The translations under genes and the position numbers were made by a program. Below, piece by piece: positions 34,065 through 45,831 of a stretch of DNA of 64,000 nt. Below the pieces are notes generated by a model that saw only the letters and a list, made by a program, of their open reading frames with translations, did no database searches and had not been told where the DNA came from. The first letter of the stretch is position 1, and each line of letters begins with the position of its first letter. The stretch comes from Takakia lepidozioides. Its lineage: Eukaryota; Plantae; Bryophyta. The stretch lies in NCBI GenBank assembly GCA_030704615.1, contig CM060734.1, positions 47,678,001-47,742,000 of the forward strand, read 5' to 3'.

Positions 34065-34601
34065 CTTCGCTGCTCCTCCCTCCACACTCCTAAGCAGCTC
34101 TCTCTCTCTCTCTCTCGCCTTTCTCACTACAACAGTCTACCCATGCAACCCCTTCCTTCACCACCTCCTCTATATATCACAGCGTGTGCAGGGAAAGCCC
34201 TGGCATGGAGGGCCCGCCATGGATTTGAGGGGCTCGCAGGCCTGAGGCCCTCAGATCTCCAGGAAGGCCTGACACGAGCTTTCCCCCTTCATAAATAGCC
34301 TCACTAATTCTCCTTGCATTTCTGACACGTACACGATGAAAACATAAAGAGAGAGGGAGATTGGTGACGGGAAGGTAATACCAGCGGGGAGGTAATACCA
34401 GCGGATCGCAGAGTGAATGCAGGGGTCACGGGTCACTTGCCGACCAAAAAATGAATTACCAAATATTTTGCCGTGCTCTACGTGGCGGCATGGCGCTCAC
34501 AGTATAATGTCATACTATTTATTTACTTCTACTTAATATATAAGTTTTCGAGATTTGTTTTTTGTTTTTGTTTTTTCTTGAGAACGGGGGACAGTCTGAT
34601 T

Positions 34602-34878
34602 AAGTGTTTTGTTTTTCAAATTTCGAAACTAACAAGAGTGGCTACTGAGTTTTGCAGGAAATAGCCATATTTTCTGTTCATCCAATGAAATTTGGACAGA
34701 ATCATCCTCCTCTGTACTTTCATCCATATATATCATCCATATTAGGCGAATTCATCCAAGATTTATATTTCGTTTCGGAGAATTTTGGCGATTTCATCCA
34801 TGAGAGAATAGAGAATTTACGACAGAATATTCGGATGTTTTTTCTTGAGGTCGAAATTTCGCCAGAAATAAAAACACT
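34602..34878 (+). mobile_element. hAT-like MITE, copy 1
   Basis: AGTGTTTT...AAAACACT ends with internal TTCATCCA repeats. Inverted homolog at 35825-36079. Confidence 0.5.
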
Positions 34879-35052
34879 CCGACAGTGGGCCCCGATTAAC
34901 TTTATTATAGAGATTACAGAGATTATAGCCATTCGACCATTTTGGATGTCCACATAATAACGACGTGGCACGATCCTAACCCTCCGCGGTACGTTTTGAA
35001 AATAATAGCATGGATACTCTATGTTTCTATGTTGTTAATAAATAGCTTAAAT

Positions 35053-35287
35053 GTCTGGAGCTGGTAGCACAGTTGGATAGTGCCACCCGACTGGTTTGGG
35101 GCTCAAATCCGGCTTCCTTGACCCTCTGCTGTGGTTAGCCCGCTGGGAATATTGTCTCTGTTTGTGGAGGATGTTCGATCAGAGAGCCGGCACGTGGCCC
35201 CACATTGACCCTCCAAAGAAGGATCCAACGGTAGAGAAGAGTCAGTGGTTGTGATGTCGTTGGGTCTCTTACATTTTTATTACATTT
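35053..35287 (+). mobile_element. Possible tRNA-derived SINE
   Basis: A-box-like TAGCACAGTTGG, B-box-like GGCTCAAATCC and a TTACATTT tail. No clear TSD. Confidence 0.4.
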
Positions 35288-35700
35288 GTTTTTAAAGGCC
35301 CCAGGACGGCATATATATTATTAAAAGAGGAAAAAATAAGCTCACGTGACATGCCATGGAGGCCCACATTAAATTTTACACTTTACATTCCAATGCAGTT
35401 TTTTTTCTAAATTAATTTCAATAATTGTTTTTAAAATTTATTTAGAACAGGGGGATGCCCTGGATCCAATGCAGTTTGGCGTAACCAGTGATGTTTTTGT
35501 TTTTTTTTTTTTTTAACAGAACAGGAGGAATGAAGCCCTGATTAATTTTATTAATTAGGTAAGGAAAAAATAACCTTACAAAGAGCCATGAAGGCAGATG
35601 ATCGAGGTTCCACCCCAGAGTGATGTGTGTATCATGTAACGAAAATTGTGAGCTGTCGCTCCCCTTTTAAGATCAATATTTTTTTAAGAAGTATATGAGT

Positions 35701-36079
35701 CAGCGTTTTTATTTTTTTATTTTTTTATTTTCTTAGGGAACAGGGAACAGAGCCCTGGAAACTTTACTTGAAAACTTATTGAAGGGAAAAAGATTAAAAG
35801 CCTTGTCTCTTTTAAGCATTTTTAAATTGGCGATTTATTGCCAGATTTCGACCTCAAAAAATAGGTTGGAATATTCTGTTGCAAATTCCTGGCTTTTCCA
35901 TGGATGAACTTTTCCGAATTAAAAAAAACAGATGGATGAATTTTCCAAATATGGATGATATAAATAGATTAAAATACAAAGGTGGATGAATTTTAGTAGA
36001 TGAACAGAATGTACAGCTATTTTTTGCAAAACTCTGTAGCCACTCCTGCTGTTTTCCAAATTTCTTAAAAAAAACGCTG
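35701..36079 (-). mobile_element. hAT-like MITE, copy 2 (with a short retroposed fragment in its T-tract)
   Basis: CAGCGTTTTT...AAAAACGCTG termini. The body is a diverged reverse complement of 34610-34870. Confidence 0.55.
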
Positions 36080-36926
36080 GATACTATGAGTGTGAATTTT
36101 CTGGCTAGAATTAGCGTTTTCTCCTACTTTCGTTCATGTCACTCCGATCCCCTGAGTTCCGATTTTCGAAACAATGTAAAACAATGCCTGATTTGTACGC
36201 TCCCAGGTGTTTCCCTTTATAATTTTTTTTTTAAGACAATGTTATGGAACTAATTCAAGAGATATGACGCATTTTGCATTTTGTGGACAAGCCAGTAAGT
36301 CCAAGTAGTTACCGAAAGGTACTAGGGTAATAATAGAAGAGCACCTTAGACCAAGACCATGACAACCTTCCCTAGCGCAAAGATTTTCCCCCCTAAGAAA
36401 TGGGCCACGCGGGACCTTTCGGGGGTTTCCCACTAAGATAATCTTACGCGAGATACCCTTATAAGGGGGAATTCGCTGTGAGGTCCAGTGTCGGGAAATT
36501 CTAGTGTACATGATCCCGGAAAATACAAAGCCAAACGGATTGTAAGTAGTTCTAACTTCTGCCGTCGTAACCTGAACTGTCAGTGAGCTGTCGGCATAAT
36601 ACTTAATAAACCTGTCCGAGGTGGGGCGATGAGGTGGCGACACGTACAGGAAAAGCAGTTAAAGTGCCTACACTCATATTTTACCCACACAGCACTTTTG
36701 TTAAAGGATATTTCAGATTTTACATTCACCCCGCGGATCTGCGCCACCCACGCACGCATTTACCGCCAAACGAAGTGTTGTGCGGCCGGGGCGATGCCAA
36801 GCGGGTCCGTCTACTGAAGCCTTCACACGTGCCATCGTGTCGCGCCTCAGGTACGTTCTGAAATTCGTATACAATTTTCAAAAAAGCTCCTTTGTATTTC
36901 GAGTGGGCTTATTTGGTGGAATAAAG

Positions 36927-37013
36927 TGCCAGGCTGGCGAGTGGCGTTACGGAGTGTAAGCCACTGGCGCGAGTGGCTTATTACACCCCGTAACGCTACT
37001 CGCCAGCCTGGCA
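36927..37013. repeat. 87-nt near-perfect hairpin
   Basis: TGCCAGGCTGGCGAGTGGCGTTACGGAGTGTAAGCCACT pairs with the downstream arm with two mismatches and a 3-nt bulge. Confidence 0.9.
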
Positions 37014-38463
37014 AGGCATTTTTTTTTTCCAATTGTGTACGCAGGGTAAGCAACCCACGCTCGTTGCTTCACTGGTTTGTTGTTCTGTTTCGTTTTTGTT
37101 TCGGAGGCTGGCCCTAGAAATATATATTGTATCAAACATTATGGAGTAACTCCGATAGGGTTCGATAGGAGGGGGAATAGGGGATGTGTAGCAAGGGTGA
37201 GGTGTGGGAGAGGAAGGCAAGTGCTGGGATGCTGTGGGCCGTAGTCGCCTCCGCATGCGGAACGCACTTTACATGCAGATTCGGCTTTTTTACATCCAGA
37301 AAATGCGGCATCTTTGGGCTGCTCATACCGACTGTGGTGTTGGTGCGATGTGGAACAGTTGTGGCGACAAATCTGTAAAGTGCTGATGCTGATTTTTTCC
37401 TTCAGTGCATGTTAAATCCTTTTATTCCACGGAATGTCTTCAGGCGAGGTCTTTCGGAAAAGCCAGTGGAAGCATCAGGCCTGCCACTACACGGGAACAA
37501 GCGGTGGTGCGGGCATCACCACTCGTAGGATTTGGTTGGCCATACCGGATATTCCACAGCTGCCATTTCCAACACTAGGATGGCCTCAAGCCCATCGATA
37601 CATCTAGTGTATACACAGAACGAGTCGCCCTCATGGGACTCACGTGACCACGTGACCGCCAAGGGAAGGGGGAAAAAGTAATTCGTTAGGCAGGCCAAAG
37701 TTCCCAAACGACTGGTGATACGAAGTAGAATATTTCATCCATATTTACAAATGAACGGCGGGAAACTGGGAGATTGATTCAGAGTGACAGAGCTCTTGCA
37801 GGACGTATGTGGCTGCCTCCCACTATGCTCCTTTTTCATCCATCCAATCTACAAATATTTTGATTGTGTCGTATTGTGATTTATTTGTTATATTAAAAAT
37901 ATCGCAACTGTGCTTTGGCCTACTTTTTCAGTGTGCTGTGGCATGGCGGCCACGTGGCCGACGTACATACCTGTTACAGTAGTAGGTACGCCTAGTATGT
38001 GGATCTTTCAGAAATCGACACGTGTCCGGACGGCGGTGTATACATGTACACGACTAGAACGTGCAGGACTACATCATGTATATGAAATTTGAATATACAT
38101 TTTACTTATTTATAGATAAATAGGAAACTCTGGGCATTTCTTCTCTTTTGTTGTCAGGAAAAAAGGACTCGGGGAAGGCTCAGTGACTCGACTGAGTTCT
38201 TTTGTAAATTCTAATGTGGGATAAATATTCTGTCTTTAGGTAATGAACAGGAATCTGGAATATGATTTCAAGGGCTTCCCCAAAAAACAAAATAAAAAGA
38301 GAAATAAATTACATAAAAGCCAAGTGGTTATATAATATGAAACTTTATGATTTGAACTAGAAGCATGTGTCTGTAATAATACGTTTATAAATATATAAAA
38401 TCTGCAAGCCATTTGAGAAACTTGTATAAGTGCAGTAGGCTCTGTATATTCACTGGACGTTAA

Positions 38464-39305
38464 CCCTTAAGTTCCCAAGCCCTTTTTGGAGTTTTTAACA
38501 ATTTTGGGTACCCAGCTGCAGTAAATTGTCGGAAGAAACCTACCAAAAATCATCCAAAGATTCCAGCCATATAGAAGTGTGCCCAGCTCACTTATGCACA
38601 ACATATCAAAAAATGAGCCAATTCCAGAGTGGGAATTGGGAATTGGGAGTTGTGAGATTATAACATTGGCCAGATCCTCAAATTTCAGGTTTTAAAGGAG
38701 AAGTGGGAAAAAAAACTATGTTTGACCAAATGAATACCTGGCCTTATTTTGCTTGCCGCAAGACCGACCATTTCCAAATCCACATGGGAATGGTGAAAAA
38801 ATAAAATAAATAAATAAATAAATAAGGTGACAACCCCTCTAAATTGTAGGTCCAACAGATTTTTTCACATATGGTTGCTTTGTATGTAATTACATAGGGG
38901 TTCAGATCTAAAAATTGACAAGGAAAAATGTGCCTCCAAATGAAGTACTTTTTTTTCTACAAAATTTCTAAAACCCAGCGATGGTGTAATAATGCTCACA
39001 AACCACAAGGTGAAGTGGTTTTTACAAAAAATAATATTTTTTACTAACTTTATTGATTCTACAATTTGGGCCTGTTTACCCACCACGTCAGCAGTCAACA
39101 TGCCCTTTACAAGGCCAAAATCTGAGATATTTACCTAAGATCATTTCTGTAGGAGGTCGCTTTTGTTTTTTCTTAACTTTTCTTTTTGCATCATATTCCA
39201 GACACGTCCTTTGTCCTAAAAGCTTCAGGAGTGTGCCCCATCAGAGGAGGAGATCGGCAGAAATTAGGTGGAAGTGGAAATTCAGAGTTCTTGGGAAATT
39301 AAGGG
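38464..39305. mobile_element. piggyBac-like non-autonomous element (842 bp)
   Basis: TTAA|CCCTTAAGTTCCCAAG ... CTTGGGAAATTAAGGG|TTAA: 15/16-identical TIRs and a TTAA TSD. Confidence 0.8.
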
Positions 39306-42300
39306 TTAAAGAAACTTTACCCCCTTTTCAAACAAAAGAAAAAAAGAAAAAGCGTGTGGAATTCCCTATTTTTTCAAAATTTATGAATAAAATAAAATTG
39401 AGAATGAATTATTAATTTCAAAATATCTAGGTTTAGAGATAGCATAAAACTAATAGTTACAGAAATAAATGTGTAGTATTTGTAAGGAATAAACGGATCT
39501 CAAATCTAAGATTTACGCACTGCCCGTCCTGCTGCTCGCTGCGCAGGTTTTCTCGCTCGTCAATCCCTGACCGAATTTATATGCCGAATATTGTAAATTG
39601 GCGGAAAAGATTACATTATCGGAGATTACAGCCCCGGAAAAACCTGTAAGTTAATCCTGTGAGGACGACAATCCTGTCTGGAAGGCCTGATTTCAATATT
39701 AGGTCAGGTTTTTGACGTTATCCCCGTCTTGGAGGGCCAGCCCAAAATGTGGTATAGATGAAGCCAATATGTAGCCCAAGTTTCATTTCAAAAAGAATCA
39801 GCGAGTGAGAAGATGGCGCGACGATGTGGAGGGGCAGGTGGAAAAAGAGGGGGAGCCATGACGTCCTACCCTGAATCATCCAGGCAAACTTAACCTTACA
39901 AAAATGCCCGTCCCTTCTACTCCATATGCCCAAGAATTTTCTTGATCTTGCTCTCGCTGCTTGCAGCGTGGTAGCCTTATGGTTTCCCCGGAGATTTTAA
40001 TTTTTTTTCCTCCTAATAATCCCAAACAAAGGACCCAAGTCAGGGTCATAAACAAAAAGGTAGATTATAATAAGACAATATTGTAGTTTTTCCACCTGGA
40101 TTCCAATTTTATTTTTCATTTTTATTTTTTCGTTTGTATGTATACATTAGAAAGAAGAATCAGTCGGCACCCCAGGGTTTTAATTTTTTTCCCTCAAATA
40201 ATTCGAATAAAATTTTAAAGGGCTTCATTACCTTTGCTTTTAAAATTTAAAAAACAAATCAGTCACGGTACATTCCGCCCATTTAGAATGCACCAAAAAA
40301 AAAAAAAAAAAAAAAACACCTGCCAGATTTCTCTTACTAAGTTTACTTCCAAGAACAGCCTGGCAAGGTAGCACACGACGTATCCCGTGAAATAAAAAGA
40401 AAAAACTTAAAAGAAAAACCGTGGCGCATAGCCCGTGAAAGTATTAGACTTGTCTCCTATGCACAAGTTGACACAACGTGGTTCAAAACTAACCTCCCGT
40501 GGACAAGCTCACACGTACCCCACATACTTACGCCCCACGTGACTCTCGTGTCCTTTGTCAGCTCCTGCCACCTGTCACACCTTGCTCTGTCTGCTTTCTG
40601 ACCTTTGGCCTGTCTGAACCCTAATTTTTCTTGTCAGCGCCTGTGGGTATCCGTCTTAATATTATTAGAATAATAGATAAGTATTGCATAAACCTCATGT
40701 TATTAGAATTTATTATTTTTACTAATTTTCTGCAAGGAAGAGTAGCTGATTTTACTAATGCTTTTGCATCTGCTTATAACATATAATCTTTAACAACTTA
40801 TGGACGTGACACAATGAACGATGATATGCTTTTTCACTTCTTTTTTTTTTTCCAAATTTGATTGTAACAATTTTTCATTTCTTCTTACAAAGATGATTTA
40901 CCAAAAAAGAAAAAAGAAAAAAGAAAAAAATGATGATTTACAAAAACGACTTCATTCTTGTGATTGGAGATACTATACAGTAATATAGTCCACTGGCATT
41001 GTTGAGAGCCATGGTTAACTTACAGTTACCCCTACGCTTACATTCCGAAGTATCAAGTAAGTTAAAAGATGGAATCTTCTTCTTTTCTCCAGAAATTGTC
41101 ATGTGACTTTCTGGAATTGTCGTGTCGGCAGCTACGACTACTAATGGACCCTATAGTCGTAGAAACGCTAACTATACGATCGTCACTGGAATTCCATCCA
41201 TTTTTATTATTATTTCTGTGCTTCTGCCCCTTTTCTGAAAAACAAAAAATTAAAACAAATGGAAGCCCGAAAAGCTCAGCTCGCGCCCTTTTCTTCAACC
41301 CGCTGGAATGTACAGAGTAGAGTGAACAGCAAACTTTCGAGGGCACAGGACCCGAGAGATTTGGGTATTACAGCGAGTTATGGCATTTGCGTGGCCATCA
41401 TTGTGACATGCACATTGCGAGTTATTCCTGGCGCACCGCTTCAGTGTGGGCTTCATTGCTGGGTCCCGCTTCCAACGGACTGGGTTGCTGCAGACGGCAC
41501 AATGCATCAGTAGGTTGCGTCTGGCCCAGTTTGAGGCTTTGGTTCATCCTTTGCTGTGGTGATCCCAGTTTTCCACCACTGCACTGAGTTTTATAGCTTT
41601 CTTGAGACAATTGGTGGCAAGTCAAACATATATCTATGTCAATTTTAATCTATCTATGGACATGACGAGCTGTAGTTGGTCAATCGTGTTTTGACCAACT
41701 TTGAAAGAAGTACAGTTCAGAATATCTGTGATTTATGCAAGTTCTGTTTGTAGCACAAGCTGCTGTGATGAACCTCATCTCATTCTGATGCAAGTTCTGG
41801 TCTTGTTGTTGCATGGTATGATTGAGCTGTGATACACACAAAAATTTGGTCATACTGTCACTTGTAGAAACTACAAATACAATATCTATTTTGGCTACCC
41901 ACTAAAGACTAGAGTATGAGCAAAAGAGCTCTGTTATACATAGGTGACTGACAAGTGAAACTGGGCCAATTAAGGAGCCAACGCGTTACATGAGGAGTTG
42001 TGAAAAGGGCGGAGGGAGTTTTACCACTATTAATTATCTCACTGTTTTTTTCCAACAGCTTCCGAATTATTGTAGTGGCTGCTACCATACATTAGCGGCC
42101 TCAAGGATGTCATTGATAGGAGCTTTTGGTTATACGCAAGTGGCTCTCAACTTTTTTCTTTTTCTTTTTGTTTCACCAGGGACAGAGGCCCTCGAAACTC
42201 ATCTTTTCCATCGACTATATTATGCTCTTTTATGCTATGAGTGATATCATTTGAAGGCATCAGTATTTGAGACCCTTTTAATTTCACAACAAAATGCTCC

Positions 42301-42829
42301 TTGAGGTTCATCTACCTCTTGATTTTTTCAGCTCATTGTATTTTCTGAGCCTCTGTCACTATCATCTCTCTTATGTATAAACATCTTATTCATGGATGCA
42401 GCTCTCTGTATAAAAGAATTGGTGTTTTTTCTCTTTCCTAAATCTTATACAAGAGATATTCCATCCAATATTTCACACATTAGTTTTTTCTTAGTACAAG
42501 TCTCCCAGCCAGAGGGGTTTTGGGGAAATGAAACAACTGTGGCAGTGAAAGGCAGCATCCGGGCTCTGAGTGCTGAACATTGAAGGTGTTTACTGTTTTC
42601 CTGACAATTCCACTTGATATAAATGAACTGGCACAAAATCGCTAGTGAGTCCTCAATACTAAGCCTCCGGACAGGATGCAAATAGATTGTTTGATTGCCT
42701 TTCCAGAGCTTAATGTACGAGCCTGACAGCCCCGAAAGAAGGCAAAGCGGTCCAGACTCCATGCTGACCCCATGCTGACAGTATGAAAGCGGGACTTGTA
42801 CCAGATGTCATTCTGAATATGTACAACCC

Positions 42830-43660
42830 TCCAGCTAGACATGTATGCACAATGTGGAATCAAGGATGCCAAGAGATTGTTCGACAATATCGCTGAACGA
42901 AATTTGGTATCATGGAATATAATATGGCAGGATATTCGCAGCATGGTTGTCAAAGAGAGATATTCGCAGCTATTTGAAGGAATGCAACACGAGGGTTTTA
43001 GGCTGGACAGTATCACATTTGTATGTGTTCTCTCTGCGTGTAGCCATGCTGGCCTAGTGGATGAAGGTTAATTTCCCTGAGTCATCAGGCATCACTCCAA
43101 TATTAGTAGAGCATTTTGGCTGCATGCTGGACCTTCTTGGCCGTGCAGAGCAATTCGATGAGGCAGAGAACTCTATCAAGTGCCAACCAAACCAGAATAT
43201 GTAGTGTTGCTTGTTGTCTGCAGAATTCATAGCAGAGTTGTAGTTGAAACGTGTGGCTACATGTATTCTCAAGTTGGTTCCAACGCCGCAACTTATGTGT
43301 TGCAATCGAACCTCTATGCAGCAGCTGGCAGGGATGGTACTGCAACGGTGAGAAGGATGATGAAGGTTAGAGGGGTCAGAAAGGGGCCAGGTCGCTCCTG
43401 AATTGAGGTTGAGCACAGGATGCAAACCTTCGTTGTAGATGACAAATCGCATCCAAATGAGGAAATCCATGCTGAGCTGACAAGATTAATGTCTCGGCAG
43501 ATGAAGGAGGCAGGGTATGTCCTTGACACGCGCGCGCTTTGTATTGCATGATGTGGAGGAGCAAAAGGAATTTTCTGTTTGCCACCACAGCGAGAAGCTG
43601 GCCATTGCTTTTGGGCTGATCAGCACGGCCCCTGGGCCGCCCCTCCGTGTCCTTTAATTG
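42830..43660 (+). pseudogene. PLS-class PPR (E/E+/partial DYW) pseudogene
   Basis: MYAQCG...NLVSWN, FVCVLSACSHAGLVDEG, HFGCMLDLLGRA, YVLQSNLYAAAG, KGPGRS*IEV, MKEAGYV and [14 protein letters not shown]. Several stops and frameshifts; truncated before the CxxC motif. Confidence 0.9.
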
Positions 43661-45831
43661 AACTCTTGTAATATGCGAGGTCTTTTCCCTGGAGTTTGCA
43701 AGGTACTTGGGGCAGGGATATAAGCTGAAGGAGCAGGGATGGAGTTTGGGTCCAGATTCATTCGGGAGGGCCGGATTTCATGCTGCACAGGAACCTATGA
43801 TCCCTTTGTGGATTGATAGCCACAAGAAACTTGCATGGTTAGATGGTAAACTGGAAGCTGAAAGAGGCTCTACAAATTTTGAACCAAGTAGGAATTTCAG
43901 CAAATATACATGTGTAGATCTCAAGATGAGAGCAAGCTGCCATCCCCTCTCGTGAGTGAGAGAGACGCAGAAAATATTCTCCGGTACTACGCACCCCGTC
44001 CCTTTCGACCCGATGCGAGAAACAATGGCAACACCACGCATGGGTGTAAACCATCAGTTGCTTCTCCATTTTGCTCTTACTTGCTCTTCTCCTCCGCTCC
44101 ACACAACACAAATGACTGCCTAGCAAATGCCCTCTCTAGCATTTCGCATAAATAACTTACGTATTAAAACTGTAAGATGTGTGCATTGATGGCGTAATGT
44201 GCCAAGTGCCAACCCACTTTCGAATTTCGATAGTCCCTTGTGGCTAGGCATGTGCCTTTCACTGAAGATGTGCATTGGGCTTGTATGGGTGATTGATACC
44301 CTGTTCCTTGCAGGAAGCTACAATACTAGTGATCTGGTTGTAAAATTTGTTGGATGGAGTGTACCTGGTGAAGAGTCAATCAGTACGCGTTCGTGTTTGC
44401 AGCTGCACTTTTTCCTACTGATTTTCGCGTGTTCACATGGGCCATATTCAGTCTTTCGAAGAGCTCTAGAGTCTAGATCACTCCCGTGTAAGTTCATTCT
44501 GAATCCTCGTTGGGAATTGCATTGACTATGGTCACGTCCGAGTATTCTTTTCATGTCTCTTTGCTGGACGTGGAGACTGACCATTGGTATTTTGCATGAC
44601 TGTGCTCGACTCACACAGCGGGGTGGGCCTGGATTATGTAAGCGGTTCTCTTCCGCTTTGGACCCGATCTTCACAAAGTATGATGGAATGCTTAAGATTA
44701 CCTTTCTTAGGGACATGGTGGGAAAAACATTTATAATCCACAGTATAACTCCAAGCAGGATGTCTGCAGTTGGAAAACAGATATGATCAGGGACAGAACC
44801 AGTTATAATCGTAGAAACTCAGTGCACTATGAAGCATCCCACATATATTCCATTCGTCGACGAGCTGTTACTAGAGCATCAACTCCGCAGCCACCTTCGA
44901 GTAGGTCCAAGCCTTCTAAAGTTGGTCATCGCATTGGTTTATGAGAGAGAGCAGATCCCCATCTAATCGTCCACATCGATCATGCCTTAAATACTAAACA
45001 GTCAATGTCACTTATTATCAAGCAACTAACAGCCAATATATCTATATGTACCCTGCTATGTCGAATCACCACGTCGAATCACCACTGGTCAATTTAAAGG
45101 TTACACCTCCAACGATCAGGCTGACATCGCTTCTATTCTCAACACCCACGACCACAGTTGCATTATGCAGCAGCTGTGAGGCTGCTTACCAGGGTGCAGA
45201 TATCCACTCACCTCAAAATACTTGATGTTCTGGCGCACCCACGCTTCGATCGTCGTCGGCTTCACACCCGTGATAAGCTCGACGGACGTCGTCAGTGATG
45301 CTGTTTATTTGGTCGTGTGCGTGTTGCAATGCCAGTATAACAAAGTGGTTGTTAATGGAAATGTTGTGCTTTGAGATCCGTCTGCTCCCACTCCTCGGAG
45401 GGTACATCTACGTACTCGACCTTGCGCCCCAGTGCCTTTGAGTATTCGCCGGCTACTGCGTCCATATCTTCTGATACTGGTCTGCAGAGTTCGTAGACTC
45501 TCCCGACATGTCTCTCAGGATTGGCAAGTATCTCAAAGGCCACTCGCGCCAGATCGTTCGCTGCAATCGGCGACAGTTTACCTCTTTTGAATGGCAGTCT
45601 GATTTCTCCAGATTTCGAAATGGACCTCGCAGCCATGCCGTACAACTCCAGGAATACTGTCGCCCTCAAGGTAACAACCGGCAGACCAGACCGACCGAGC
45701 ACCTGCTCAACCAGCCAATGACATCTTTCTTGCTTGCTCGCTGTGGATTGTTTGACATATGTTCATTTAAGAGACTATCAGCTGGGACATGTTGACAAAC
45801 ACCTCGACTCCATAGTGTTTGGCAACTGCGG

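Noticed and set aside
40370-40670. Small minus-strand Helitron (TCTAATAATATTAAG 5' end)
   Set aside because: No convincing 3' hairpin plus CTRR end was found.
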